Shown: piece after piece, positions 12,987 through 24,378 of the stretch | Layout of the letters: the number at the start of each line of letters is the position of its first letter | Position numbering within the stretch: position 1 is the first letter of the stretch | Assembly (NCBI GenBank): GCA_013115125.1 | Contig: JABANN010000065.1 | Span: forward strand, 1-64,000 | Origin: Perkinsus olseni | Lineage: Eukaryota | Direction of reading: 5' to 3' | DNA: 64,000 nt | Made by a program: the position numbers and the translations under genes | Notes under the pieces: model-generated | The model's input: the letters and a program-made list of their open reading frames with translations, nothing else | What the model was told of the DNA's origin: nothing | The model's database searches: none

Positions 12987-15900
12987 TCATGATATTGACC
13001 TGACGGCATCCAGCCGGGCAGCTCCGAGCCTACAGTGAACGCCCTCTGAAGGGTCCGGGCAGGGGAGACTGGGTCGAGTCTCTGAGCTCCGTTGTCGTAC
13101 AGGAGACCCACTGCTTTTCACGGGAACTCCACGGAGGCGATACCGCTGCCTAGGCTAAGATACGGTATGAGATCCATCCCTTCGCCGTCGGGGAACGGAA
13201 ACTCTCCTGTGACCGAGCGGGCGAGGATGAAGTTGTCGTTGAGACGCACCACTCTGAAAGGAAGACTCGCACGCGCAGAGCTGAGCGGTCAGTTACTACA
13301 TCTCGCGGGGTGCCGGCCGGGCCACTGCAACAACTGTTATGACATCGCCGACCTCCCATCGAATTCTGGTGGTTATCGGCTCGCTCCAGAGGATATCTTC
13401 TGAGTTGCCCAAGCCCACCCTCAGGAAGCCTCCTGTCCATCGATAGTCGCATGCAGTAACTCTTGCCCGATAAGCGTATACTAAGTGATTGTTGCCTCTG
13501 ACTGTTGTTACTTTAGGCTTCACTGGAGGACCCGACACGACCTCCCGATTCTCTGACCTTGCCATCTCCTTGGCACTGCGGGTCAGTTTGGATGCACCAA
13601 TAGACGGCTGCCGTGGAGGCGAACTCTCCCCTGGTGAGATATTTCCCCCATGGCCGACAGGTGGATCGGTTTCACGGTTATAAGATACGATCTTGCCATC
13701 CACCAAGACCAGCTCTTCCCTATTACCACCACCCGTTGCCACAGCTACTGATCGCCATAGTCTGTCCCGTAAAACCTCGTGGTAGGGCTTATCCGAGACA
13801 TACTCGGTTTCCAGCGGGCTCACCTGTGGCCTTTCAGTGGACTCCGTAGTAACCTCAGCTCTAGTCGATTCTATCGGCGCTGTTTGTGTCTCAACAGTGG
13901 AGACCGTTATCGGATGGTCACCCGTAGACCGGTCTTCAGTTGGGCGTCGCATAGGGCTCACAGCCTCAACTTGGCTGGGCCTCTCCGAGGGCGCCACTTC
14001 TCCGTGACTAGCCGTGTAAGCTCCACTGTGCGGTAAAGTACTACCTGTTGGCAGGGGTAGGGACGGCACCGGCGGGTGAAATTTGGACGGGGACTCTTCG
14101 ACGACTATCGGGTCCTCACGAAAGATGACCGGTACTCTCGTAGCCGCTGGCCAGATATAAGGTGTCCCTTCTTGCGCTGAGTCTGTTGCCGGGGTTGGCG
14201 GCAGGGGAGGTGTGCAAGGCTTCCTATCGATAGTGTTGGCCCCCGGAGAAGCCTCTGCTGCCCTAACATACAAAGAGCTCTCCTTAATAGGGGTGCTTCC
14301 TCGCGTTATCGGGCGGGCGGCAGAAGCAACCGGCGACCCACAGGCCCGACACACAGTAGCTTCCGAAGGCTTGGTGGCGTGCACCAAAGCCGACCAATCA
14401 GCATCAACCTTGGCCACATGGACCACCGGTCTGGGCGCATCAGTTGTCCTCGTCGCCGAATCCTTCTCAGTGGCCACCAGCGGGGAACCTTCATTACTAG
14501 CGGACCGTACTCGACCGGCTTCGAGGCGCCTCGTCATCTCCCTGGCGTTCTCAATATCCTGCATCAACTGCCTGACGGATGTCTTGGGCTCCTCTCTGGC
14601 CGAGAGCCTGCCCAGACCTTGCCGTTTCAGCGGACTAAGTTGCCGCAGCACCGCTTCCTCCAAGGCTAGCTCTTTCTCGAAGGCCCGACGTGGCGCCTTG
14701 CCCTTATGGTCCTTGGCGGCGCTCTCTGATCTACCGAGTCCGTGGTCAGGATAGACATGATAGTCGTCGTCGTACTGTTGACCACCACTAAAGTCGGTGT
14801 CCACCAGAACATCATCAGTACCGACGGGGACTTGCTCCTCCAGCCTGCCATCCTGCCATGTTTCGCTGCTCTCGTCGATGCTCCCTCGCTGATCGGTCCA
14901 GCTCCCGAGCCGGTGGACATTCCCCTGGGGCTTATCCACTGGCTGCATGGCCGTCAACCTTATCTGGTCGGATTGCGCCGTCATGCTGCTGTGGCTATCC
15001 CGATGGCGTCTCCGATACGTCGTGTTGCTATCGGGCTGCGCGAGCGACTTCCGCAAACTCTCCAGTGCTTTCTTCAACTCTGCATCTCGCTCTTTAAGAG
15101 ACTTCCTGGTCGTCCCTTCTGGGCTGGGGGCGTCCAACGAAAGACTCACACGAGGCTCGATGAGCCTATCATCGGTAGTAGTGCTAGACCACTCGCCATT
15201 AAGACGAGGTTGGAGGGCCCCACTACCGGTGACAGTGCTGCGCCGCTCGGGACTGAGACGGGGTTGGAAGGCCCCACTACCAGTAACAGTGCTACGCCGC
15301 TCGGGACTGAGACGAGGTTGGAGGGCCCTACTACCGGTGACAGTGCTGCGCCGCTCGGGACTGAGACGAGGTTGGAGGGCCCCACTACCAGTAACAGTGC
15401 TACGCCGCTCGGGACTGAGACGAGGTTGGAGGGCCCCATCGTCAGCAGTAATCCTAGGGCGCTCGCCACGTGCAGTCTCGGCACTCATTATATCGCTGTC
15501 AGTAGGAGGGGCAGCCTCTGACCCAACCCGTGGACTCTCATCGGGGCTGCCAGCTATCGATGGCGATGCAGATGTATTGATCACCATCCCGGTGAGGTTG
15601 TCTCTTGTGAGCTCCAATGCCTCCGGCCCTCCATCAAAATCCGCCGTCTTCTGATCATCTTCGGACAAGCTAAGGATTCTATCCAACCTCTGCAGGATGG
15701 TGTCCGGCCCCCCCTGCTGAGCGACCGACGCTGACGAATCTACACTTGTTGCTTGAGCTTCGTGGCCACTTGGGGTCACTTCCGCAATCTCGAGAGGAAG
15801 CTCAGGAGCCACCTGGCCATTGTCATTCGCGTCGCTTGTCTTCTCAACTACGCGGGCCATAGGGATTAACGGCGATTTGGTTGAACCTCCCGTCACAGCA

Positions 15901-16260
15901 CTCTCTTGGCGAGCAGAGGGCAGTTTGCCTGCCGTGTGCAGATCGTGCGAGCGTGGCCGGGTGACGCCGACACGGCTCATCAGGGAGCTCTCGGAAACCT
16001 CAGCATCTCCGTCCCCCGACCGTTTCTGAGTTGGCGACACTAACACTAACTCTCCATCTGAGTCGTACCTGTGATGAGCGGACAAGTCAGGCCCGAAGCA
16101 TAGCCCAGGCACGCACCCGAACATCGGGACGTAGCCTTCACCCTCAGGCAGCGTCAACCGTCTCCTCCCTTCTCTGCGATTGTCTGCATCTGCGAAAACG
16201 CCGACGAAGAATAGCGGCCGACGTTACCACCCTACCCGCACTCTCCATCATATCTCCACC
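12987..16260 (-). CDS. Large low-complexity Ser/Pro/Thr-rich hypothetical protein
   Basis: 953-aa open frame 13296..16157 plus short flanking exons. Ends are approximate. Confidence 0.75.
15202..15438 (-). repeat. 54-bp coding tandem repeat (~4.3 units; GALQPRLSPERRSTVTGS)
   Basis: The 54-nt period is visible in the DNA (gacg(a/g)ggttgg at 15203, 15257, 15311, 15365 and 15419). Confidence 0.93.
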
Positions 16261-17074
16261 CTCACCGGAGAGCTCGATACAGTACACATTTGATAGACAA
16301 ACAGACGCTGACGCATAACTCAGTTTCGCCTCTCCATTGACAACACAATAGCACGCTGTCTTCGGCACTTGATATAATACACTTTGTGGTGATTTTGATG
16401 ATGACAGAAACGCCGCCGCTCAACGTAGAACCGGTGGATGATCGATCAGCGCTGGAGTGGCGCTGTTCGGGGACCGGCCATCAGTGTCGATCCCGATGCA
16501 TCTTGCGACAACGGCAAACAGGGTAGAAGACTCGGAGGCAACATATGAGAACGATGCTACTCAGACTCGCGAGACTCGTGCAAGAATGGCTCGACTGATA
16601 ACGAGTACTTCCATGAAGAAGTGGGAAGAGACGAGCCATTGTAACCAGCAATAGGTACGGCGTGGTCTGAGTAACGCGTTCACAATAAGAAGCTCCCTTC
16701 ATATGGCGACGCCGGTAGTAGTAGTAATGTGCTGAGTTACGATTTAGTATAGAGACTAGTGATGATGATGATGATAGTGATGGTAGAACGTTAGGGCAGC
16801 GAGACAAGGAGAATAAATGACGATCACCAAGGTAGTAGTAGTTGAAGAAGCCACAGAAAAGAAGAATGGACGGTAAATACGTAACCTTGCCAAAGAGCGA
16901 TTTCGCGGGCTCGGGTACTTAGATACACGCCCTTTATCAAAATATGGCCAACAGAGCTAAGTGATAATAGTAGCAGGAATGATAGTCCTGCCACAACAGA
17001 GAGTAGCAACAGTAGCAGCAGTGGCACTCCGCAGTCAGTAAATTCTCACTTCGAAGCGAGAGAAATTGGTTCCC

Positions 17075-17735
17075 TCAGGATCGACGAATATACTGGTGCA
17101 GTGTGCAGCAGGAGCGGCTTATCTCAATCATACGACAATAGGGAGCTCGTAGTAAACGACGAGAACGGAGACGGCTGAATAGTTACACAATAGATACGAC
17201 CAGGGGGCACAAAATCTCCTATGGGTAGTGCAGATGGCAACTTTATGATGAGCTTGTGGGAAGCCTCACTTATTTTGTGGGCAAAAATGTGTCAGATGAT
17301 ACTACTAAGGAGACTAAACCATGGAGTGCCATGGAAGTGTTGCTCAACAACACGACGAAGACTCTTCTGTTCACACCAGCATCCACACAGAAGCAGACTT
17401 CTGAGGGGAATGCGAAGGCGCGAAGCAGACAACTAGCCTCAGCAGCATGTAGTTAGAACAACAAAGCAGGCCAGCAGTCAGCGGCAGTGCCAAGAGCCGA
17501 TGTCGTCCCGCGGAAGCGGGCGATCTCGAAAGGGCCCACGTTTACGTGATATATTAATCCCAGACCGAGATCTCATCCAGGCTTGAGTGGCAGTAAAGCA
17601 ACCAACGGTTGTGAGGCCTGTGGCAACAGCAGCAGCAGCAGACATAGCAAAGTCTCCGATATAGAAGTGGTAGAAGATCCAAGTGCTCAGCGGTTCGAGA
17701 CCATTGATCGGACGATTGAGAAGCGGGCAGTACAT
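17075..17735 (-). CDS. Small membrane protein, possibly a degenerate DHHC-palmitoyltransferase-like protein
   Basis: RPINGLEPLSTW...TM; CFCVDAGVNRRVFVVLL resembles DHHC NCVGxxNYRxFxxFL; TLHQYI resembles the TTxE region. No DHHC tetrapeptide seen. Confidence 0.35.
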
Positions 17736-18398
17736 GCAGTAAAAATGGTGACAGCTAGTAAGCGCTAGTGGATAGAGCAGCGGACAGAAGTAGATGGACT
17801 TAAAGAGCAGACAATATTAGCGGATACAACTGTTAACGACGACGATGACTACTACTGAGTAGGCTGCGACAGCATCGCCTCCATCCCAGGACAAGACGAT
17901 CACACGGCAAAAAAGCTCTGCCACCGCAACCTTCGACGACAGACGGATACCACCTTTACGGCTATTAATACTATTATTATCACCGGTTCAAATGTTGAGG
18001 CTTGTTCATGACGACGACACCGACAAGAACAGTTGACACAGGACCGACAACAGTGGTGATAGTAATGATGACGATGACCCAGCTTCTTCTTCTTCTTCAC
18101 CTACTTCCAGTAAGCCAAACTACGTTCGTAACAGAGTAGTCTCTGGGGGAGGCACACTGTCAACGAAGGGTAGTCCAGGGGGGAACCTTAAATCCTCAGA
18201 TACGAAGCGAAAACCTTGGAAAGGCCATCGACAAGAAGCATGACAGCATCAGCGGTAGAGAGGGTATCAGCAGTAGTACTACTCGCCGAGATGTCCACCT
18301 TCAGAGAGCAGGATCAAACAACAACCAGCGACTTTAACAACAAGGGACCTCCTGCGACATGCTGCGAAGCCCGGGAGAAGTCCTCAGTAGGGAGCAGC

Positions 18399-19637
18399 TT
18401 AGTTTGGTGGGAACGAGGAAGAGACCTCGCGGCGCCCAACAGGACTTGACACGAGGCCAAAAGTCCTCTCCAAAGCGTCGATGAGACCGGCCCATCCCTC
18501 GAACATGCAAGGCAGCTGGTCGCTGGTGGACGCAGTAGTAGCGTTCTTGTAGAGGTCAGGGGCGGCAAAGGAAGCAGCATCACAACGGCCGCCCATAGCG
18601 CTTGACGCAGCTTCAACATAGGACATACCGAAAGGAGTGCCTCTTAGCTTAGGGCTGGGCATCTGGGCTGTCGGCTGCTGCTTCTTCGGATTGTAGGCAT
18701 AACCACCACTAGTGTGGTCAGTGAGCATCGCCGCATGCAAGGGAGAGAGGCCCATAGTGGACGGGTTGGCACTGGCACACCTAACAGGACTTGAGTAAGC
18801 AGTACTGCTTCCACCAGTGGCAGTCGAGTCGGTACTTGCTGGAGAAGATACACTCCCAATAGATGATGAGGAAAGTACAGTGGGACGCGAAGATGCCCTG
18901 CAAGATTCCTCGGACGAAACGAAGTGCTTGCTGTAGTCACCACCAGCAGTGCTCGTAGTTGACGCCACTGCTGTTCTTGCTGCACTCAGGGTTCCGCGAT
19001 CAGGACCATCGTCGACCTTCTGCCTTTCTTCATATTTTTGGGGGATTTCTAGTAACGACTCCTGCAGGTATTTCTTCTCTGTGCACCCGATGCCACCTTC
19101 ATGATCCTCGGGCTCCATCGCGGCCATCTTCTGGGCCAACGCCTTAGAACGCTTCTTCTTGGAAGGTCTCTGACGGGACTTTTCCTTCCGGTTGCGACGC
19201 CTCTGCTCGTCCGCTGGAATCGCACACGCACTGTGGTGACATCTATCACACGCCGCTCCTTCTCGACACCCTCTGCTTGAGTAAGCGAACCAGCATCCTC
19301 TACCACAGTTCAATGTCGTACACGAACCAACAGACAGTTCCCCGAGGATAGTATCATGGGCCACTGCCTCAGCGTAAGAGGCGGGTGACAGAGGCTCTCC
19401 TACGGGATGAACCTTGTGAGAGGTAGTAGACGCACCAGTGGGCGTGTGCTCAGCGGCGACGACCGGAGCAGACGGTAACCGTAGGCTTGTTGGTATTGTT
19501 GTTGTTTCCGCCGATTTTGGAAGTTGTTCCAGAGATCCAGAAGATTGCCTTGGATCGGACTCGGCGCGCAAGGACATAAGGGGATGCGCTTTATTAAGAC
19601 CCGGCAATAAGCAACTAAAAGAATGACAATCTAGCAT
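18399..19637 (-). CDS. C3H-type zinc-finger protein
   Basis: 412-aa ORF with CGRGCWFAYSSRGCREGAACDRCHH, then basic RRRNRKEKSRQRPSKKKR and a Ser-rich tail. Confidence 0.75.
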   Translation of the reverse strand: MLDCHSFSCLLPGLNKAHPLMSLRAESDPRQSSGSLEQLPKSAETTTIPTSLRLPSAPVVAAEHTPTGASTTSHKVHPVGEPLSPASYAEAVAHDTILGELSVGSCTTLNCGRGCWFAYSSRGCREGAACDRCHHSACAIPADEQRRRNRKEKSRQRPSKKKRSKALAQKMAAMEPEDHEGGIGCTEKKYLQESLLEIPQKYEERQKVDDGPDRGTLSAARTAVASTTSTAGGDYSKHFVSSEESCRASSRPTVLSSSSIGSVSSPASTDSTATGGSSTAYSSPVRCASANPSTMGLSPLHAAMLTDHTSGGYAYNPKKQQPTAQMPSPKLRGTPFGMSYVEAASSAMGGRCDAASFAAPDLYKNATTASTSDQLPCMFEGWAGLIDALERTFGLVSSPVGRREVSSSFPPN

Positions 19638-20249
19638 CTATCAGCGCAGAAGTTACTTCTAAAGAATGATGGAGGAATCTTGTGCTAGCGACGAAAGCTA
19701 AAGCGGCTTCACCGCTCCCTCTCCTCCCGGCCAGCTTCCATGGACAACAGGCCTCCCATACGAGCCATAATACTTGCGGCACTCAACCATGGCCCTTAGC
19801 ATGGCGAGGAGCCCACCCATCCGCGAGATTCACTCCAAAGCAGAGACACCAGCACGCGAGAGGGCGTACCAACCTGACCTATTCCGTATCTTGCACGCTT
19901 AACCTCAAGATTCCTCGAAGCCATCCTATCCTCCCGCGATGAGCTTCTCGTCAACATTGCAATCCTCCTCTCGAAAGTCGAATCTCTGCTCCAGCCAGGT
20001 CGCTAGCATAATCGAGAGCTAATACGATAGGACCACCGCAGACGTCGTTGCGGGCGGGCGCCAAAAAAATGGCGGAGCGAAGCTCATCTGCGCAATATTC
20101 AAAGGTCGTGAAGGTGGCAACTGTCGATGACCTGCCTTCAGCCATTACCCCTTAATTTGTTCAATTCAATTCCTTACGACTCTCCTGACGTCCCTAACCA
20201 ATGGTGCTTCGGGTGAGCACTTCTCGTTTTCACCTCGTCCGTCGAAATA

Positions 20250-21850
20250 CCCCCTCAGGTGGCCCTCGTACTTCGATTACTGGGCGAGGCCTCCACCCTA
20301 TGGAATGCTACCATACCGGCAGGCATAAGGCCCGATAAGGAAGTCCCTCAAGGTAGGGCTTTGCCGTCCTCCCTCTCTTTGGCAGGGCTAGTTGTAGGTG
20401 ATGACATCTACCGCTCGTCTGTCGATCTCCATCGTTGGTCCTTGCTGGGCTGCTATGCTCTGGCTGATGGTGATGCTGTGATGAGAGGGGATAAGGGAGA
20501 GGATGTCCTCGATAGGACATGCGTCAAGGCTGGCTGTGACGCCGGTAAAGCGGCAAACGAGATGCCGAAGTAAATCGGGTACTGGGTGGAGGTGGAGTAC
20601 TCCTCACGATCGTCCAATACTCGGCGTGGGACCGTAACAAGCTCGCCTCGCTGATCGGATGGGAGCTGCCTACAGCCCGCGGTCGCCGCTCGAACCTCGA
20701 CAGTATCCGCCGTTCTCGCAGCACTGATGACCATGACGTCGTTGCAGTCGACGGTAATGCGATCTTATACCCCACTACAGGTGCCGTAGCGGCTTCCCCT
20801 TCTATCGCTTCTGGCGGTCTGATAACTGCCTCCAAAGGGACTGTCTCAGTGGGACCTCTTGTAAGCTACAATGCCTGAGCAAAGGCCTTGATGTGGCTGC
20901 TTTGGTGTACGACCAAGTGGATGGGGCTCGAGCTGACGTCCCCAAGGAATGCAGGTCCTCTTCCCTTACCTCCCTCCCCTCAGTCGCATTCAGTCCCTGC
21001 CAGGTGTGGTGCCTCGCAACGGCTGGCTGTCTGGAAGAATTGGCATCAACTTTCTGATCATAGTGTTGAATTTGATACGATACGATATCTACTGCCGCCG
21101 GATAAACTGGAGAAAGATTCCTGGGTGAGGACGTCTGTGGCTTTCGAGATCGGTATATTCGGAACGCTGTCTTCCACTGATGGTTGCGAGGGGCTCTTAT
21201 ACCATCTTCCTCTTCGACGAATCGTCTACCGGTGCTCTCATCGCTTCTCTGCCCCTTCTAAGTACCACTCCCTTCGTCGGTTTGTTGGACCCATCAGACG
21301 TAGTCGGCAGCAGCAGCATCCTCGTCAGGAAGAAGGATGCCAGATCGAAGCATGGCAGTTCGAGGATGAGAGCCCGTTGGACGGCACGCCACCTCTGTCA
21401 CTCCTGGACGTCAACGCTCAGGTCGGCAGTGGTTAGGGGTGGTAGTGCTTACTATCCTCAACTGTGCCAGGACGTCGAGTATCAGCTTGCCATTATTATT
21501 GGGGCTGACGATGTCGGCGAGATCGAAGACAGCGCGCCTGACGATGATGATATGTAAGTCTGCTCCAGCGTGCTTTGGAAGGGGCCGAAAGGAGTAAATA
21601 GTAGCTAGAGGTGTCAGAATCGGCTGAAACTCGTGACGGCTAGAACGAGCGGGGGAACCGTTTCTCAGGACGGTCTCTGTCAGGCGATCAGAGGCTGTGA
21701 GGAGCAGGCGAGATAAATGCCTTATCTTCCGAGAGTTGGGCGGTGGTGTTAGTCTAGCCCTCACAGGTGAGGCCTTTGTCGTGATCTCCACTGTGACTTC
21801 TATTATGGGCTTATCGTGGGCACAGCGATGGCAGTTGTTTGCTCGTATCA
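20250..21850 (-). CDS. Hypothetical protein (spliced)
   Basis: Collinear protein-like minus ORFs 21411..21791, 20524..20835 and 20453..20734. No domain recognised. Confidence 0.35.
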
Positions 21851-21926
21851 GGTCGAAGCCGGATGGCCCGGCGACGGATTCACAGGCGGTTACAGCCGAT
21901 GGAGAAAGATGAGCAAGGAGTGCCGT

Positions 21927-23700
21927 ATGCAGCCAAGGTCGGGGAATCTTTCTACTGCGCTATGGAGTATCTTTTGTGCATGCGTGCAGGGTGAATGTCG
22001 AGGCGTTACTGAGCATATAAGTTGTTGGCAGCGAGCCACAAAAGCTACTGGGTGCGGCGAGACTTGTGGGGTGTTGGAATTCGATGCTAAATACCGAAGA
22101 AGATGGTGCGGACGGCAGGTAATAATGTCGGCTGCCGGGATCGAACCTCCGCGCAATATATGCTCATCGTTGGCTAGGAGACGGACGAGTGCCCTATCAC
22201 CTGTGGTAAATGTCGTCTCTACAATCGCAGCCCTCAGAACGGCGCTGATGTACCTCTGTGGCTGCCCAACAAGGTGGGTCGGGCCTTGCTCTGCCGAGTG
22301 AGACGAGCTCCCTTTAGGGTGCGGATGGGCAAGTATCGATACCGTACATGTTCGACCCTGGTGATACTGCCATCGACTCGAGCAGGAGGACTGTCATGCG
22401 GGAGGCAGCGGCAGCGTGGCGAGAGAAGACTTGTGTAAGTAACGGGGAATCCTCTAGCGGAGCGAAGCGAATCATGGTCTCATGACCTTTCGAGGCCGTC
22501 GTTGTCAGGTTAACTTTTACGAGGCCTCACCGACTACCATTGGCAATAGGGCGCGTGTTGTTGTGAAGGTGATAAGGGCGGCCTTGTTAGCATGCGATAG
22601 GCGAACTGGCTCCAGTCGAGACAACTTCCCTGCCCACAGCACTGTCTCAGTAACTCAGCTCATTTCGTACATTTCTAAAGTTTTTCTGGAGGCAAAGAAA
22701 TTTGAACGGGTCCCATATAACAAGAGATCTCCCATACCGTAGTTGCTGCTCACATTCTACGCTGAGTTGGAGGACTACTGCGAATGAGTACTCTCGCCCC
22801 GTCCAGGTTCTAGTAAAGCGAACTCTCGGCAACTACCCTCCCTTCTCTTATCGCACCCTCCCCTGCATCTCAGGTGCTACGTTCGAGCTCTGGACTGCCG
22901 TCAGGGTGCAGCGCGGGGCCGCTAGGATACCCTTCGGGGGGGCAAGCGTTCATCAATCTTGGCTCCTGCTCCGACCTCTCCAGGCTTGGCAGCGTTATTC
23001 ATGAACTCGGTCACACCCTCGGAAGTAATACAGCAATTTTGTGGCGCGTGACGGAAAGATTTTCCTCCCACTTCGTAGTGGTTCACACGCAAATGCGAGG
23101 AGACCGCAATAAGTACTTGGACATGATCTATGACAACGTAAAGCCGACAACCATGAAGAACTTTGCCATCAGACATTACTCGTAAGTGCTCCCACGAATA
23201 CAAAATCGATCGTCAGGGCGAGCGCCATCACCCCCAGACAGGTACCAGGGAGTTAATGGGCAATACTCCCCTTATGATTATGGTAGTATCATGCACTACA
23301 CGAAAACGCAAGGCATGATTGCCGAGAAGTACGACCCTCGGACTAACCCCGGGGTATTTACGTTAAAGGGACAGTACGAGCCTGGGATCAGCGAGGTCAT
23401 GCACTATGACGGCCAATGCATGACGGCAGCAGCCGCGATATCACCTGTAGGTCGGCCAACGAGAGCACCTGTCGGACCTAGACGTTGCTGAGATCAACGC
23501 CTTGTACTCATGTCGAGTATCGTCCGCTACTACGCCCCCTCCACCGCAGACTGTAGTACGGCAGCAACCCTCCACTACCAGTCGATCGACAAGTAAGCAG
23601 CCACTCTGGTAGCGTCGGTACTCGTCTCGACAGGTGAAGGTGATACCAGATTGGCTGAGCTAGAGGTGGTCGAGCAGAGGCTGAGAGCTGATGAAGGTGA
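21927..23700 (+). CDS. Astacin-family (M12A) zinc metalloprotease
   Basis: Splicing out intron 23025..23078 gives HELGHTLGMVHTQMRGDR. Also IPYMFD, WREKTCVNF, YDYGSIMHY (Met-turn) and VGQREHLSDLDVAEINALYSC. Ends are approximate. Confidence 0.92.
22125..22150 (-). promoter_or_regulatory. Extended Pol III B-box (no tRNA) in astacin intron 22119..22177
   Basis: + strand reads ATGtcggctgccGGGATCGAACC. Confidence 0.65.
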
Positions 23701-24378
23701 GAGCCTGTGCCCCGCACTGTTGGCTTGCTGCGAGTCGAAACAGCGAGTGCTGAGCCATCTTCACCGGAGGCGGGATAACTCAGCATGATACCCCTGTACG
23801 TACTTCCTGTGGCAAGTCATAGAATATACTAAGGGAGCGTTCATGACCCCGGCGAGCATCTCCCACCATCTTGATCGCGGTTCGAGGTCAAGGCTTTAGA
23901 ATGAGAACACCCGACCGAGCGTGGTCCCTTCCCGGCCATGGCTTCTCCATCCTGCTGCGGGTTCTAGTTACCATCGCACAGCGTGTTACGTCAGCCGTAC
24001 AGGAGGCCGCCAACTCGGGTGGAAGGCTGACCACTGCAGCCCGAGACCATTTGCTCTCGGCGATAAGCGGCATAAAGGAGATGTAGCAAGCCTTGATGCT
24101 TGCAGTGTGATCACGCTGACTTCCAGGTATATGAAGATATCGCAGCTTGGGGACCTCGCCAGGTCCCTCCGTTAAGTCGCATGCCACGGTCACTGTTGTG
24201 CCCCTCTACTGTTGCGTCTAGTCAATTCATCCGTGGGGTTCTCGCTTGCACTACAATACTATCAACTGGGCTGTTTCTATCGTGCAGCGACGCCAAGCTG
24301 TGATCCATAAGGGGGGAGCGATGATGATGGCTGTTACTCTGCCTTCCGTGCTTGACTCGCGCGAACAGTGGTGTTGCA

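Noticed and set aside
14212-15654. Long + strand ORFs (180-259 aa)
   Set aside because: Antisense shadows of the 953-aa minus-strand ORF and its 54-bp repeat.
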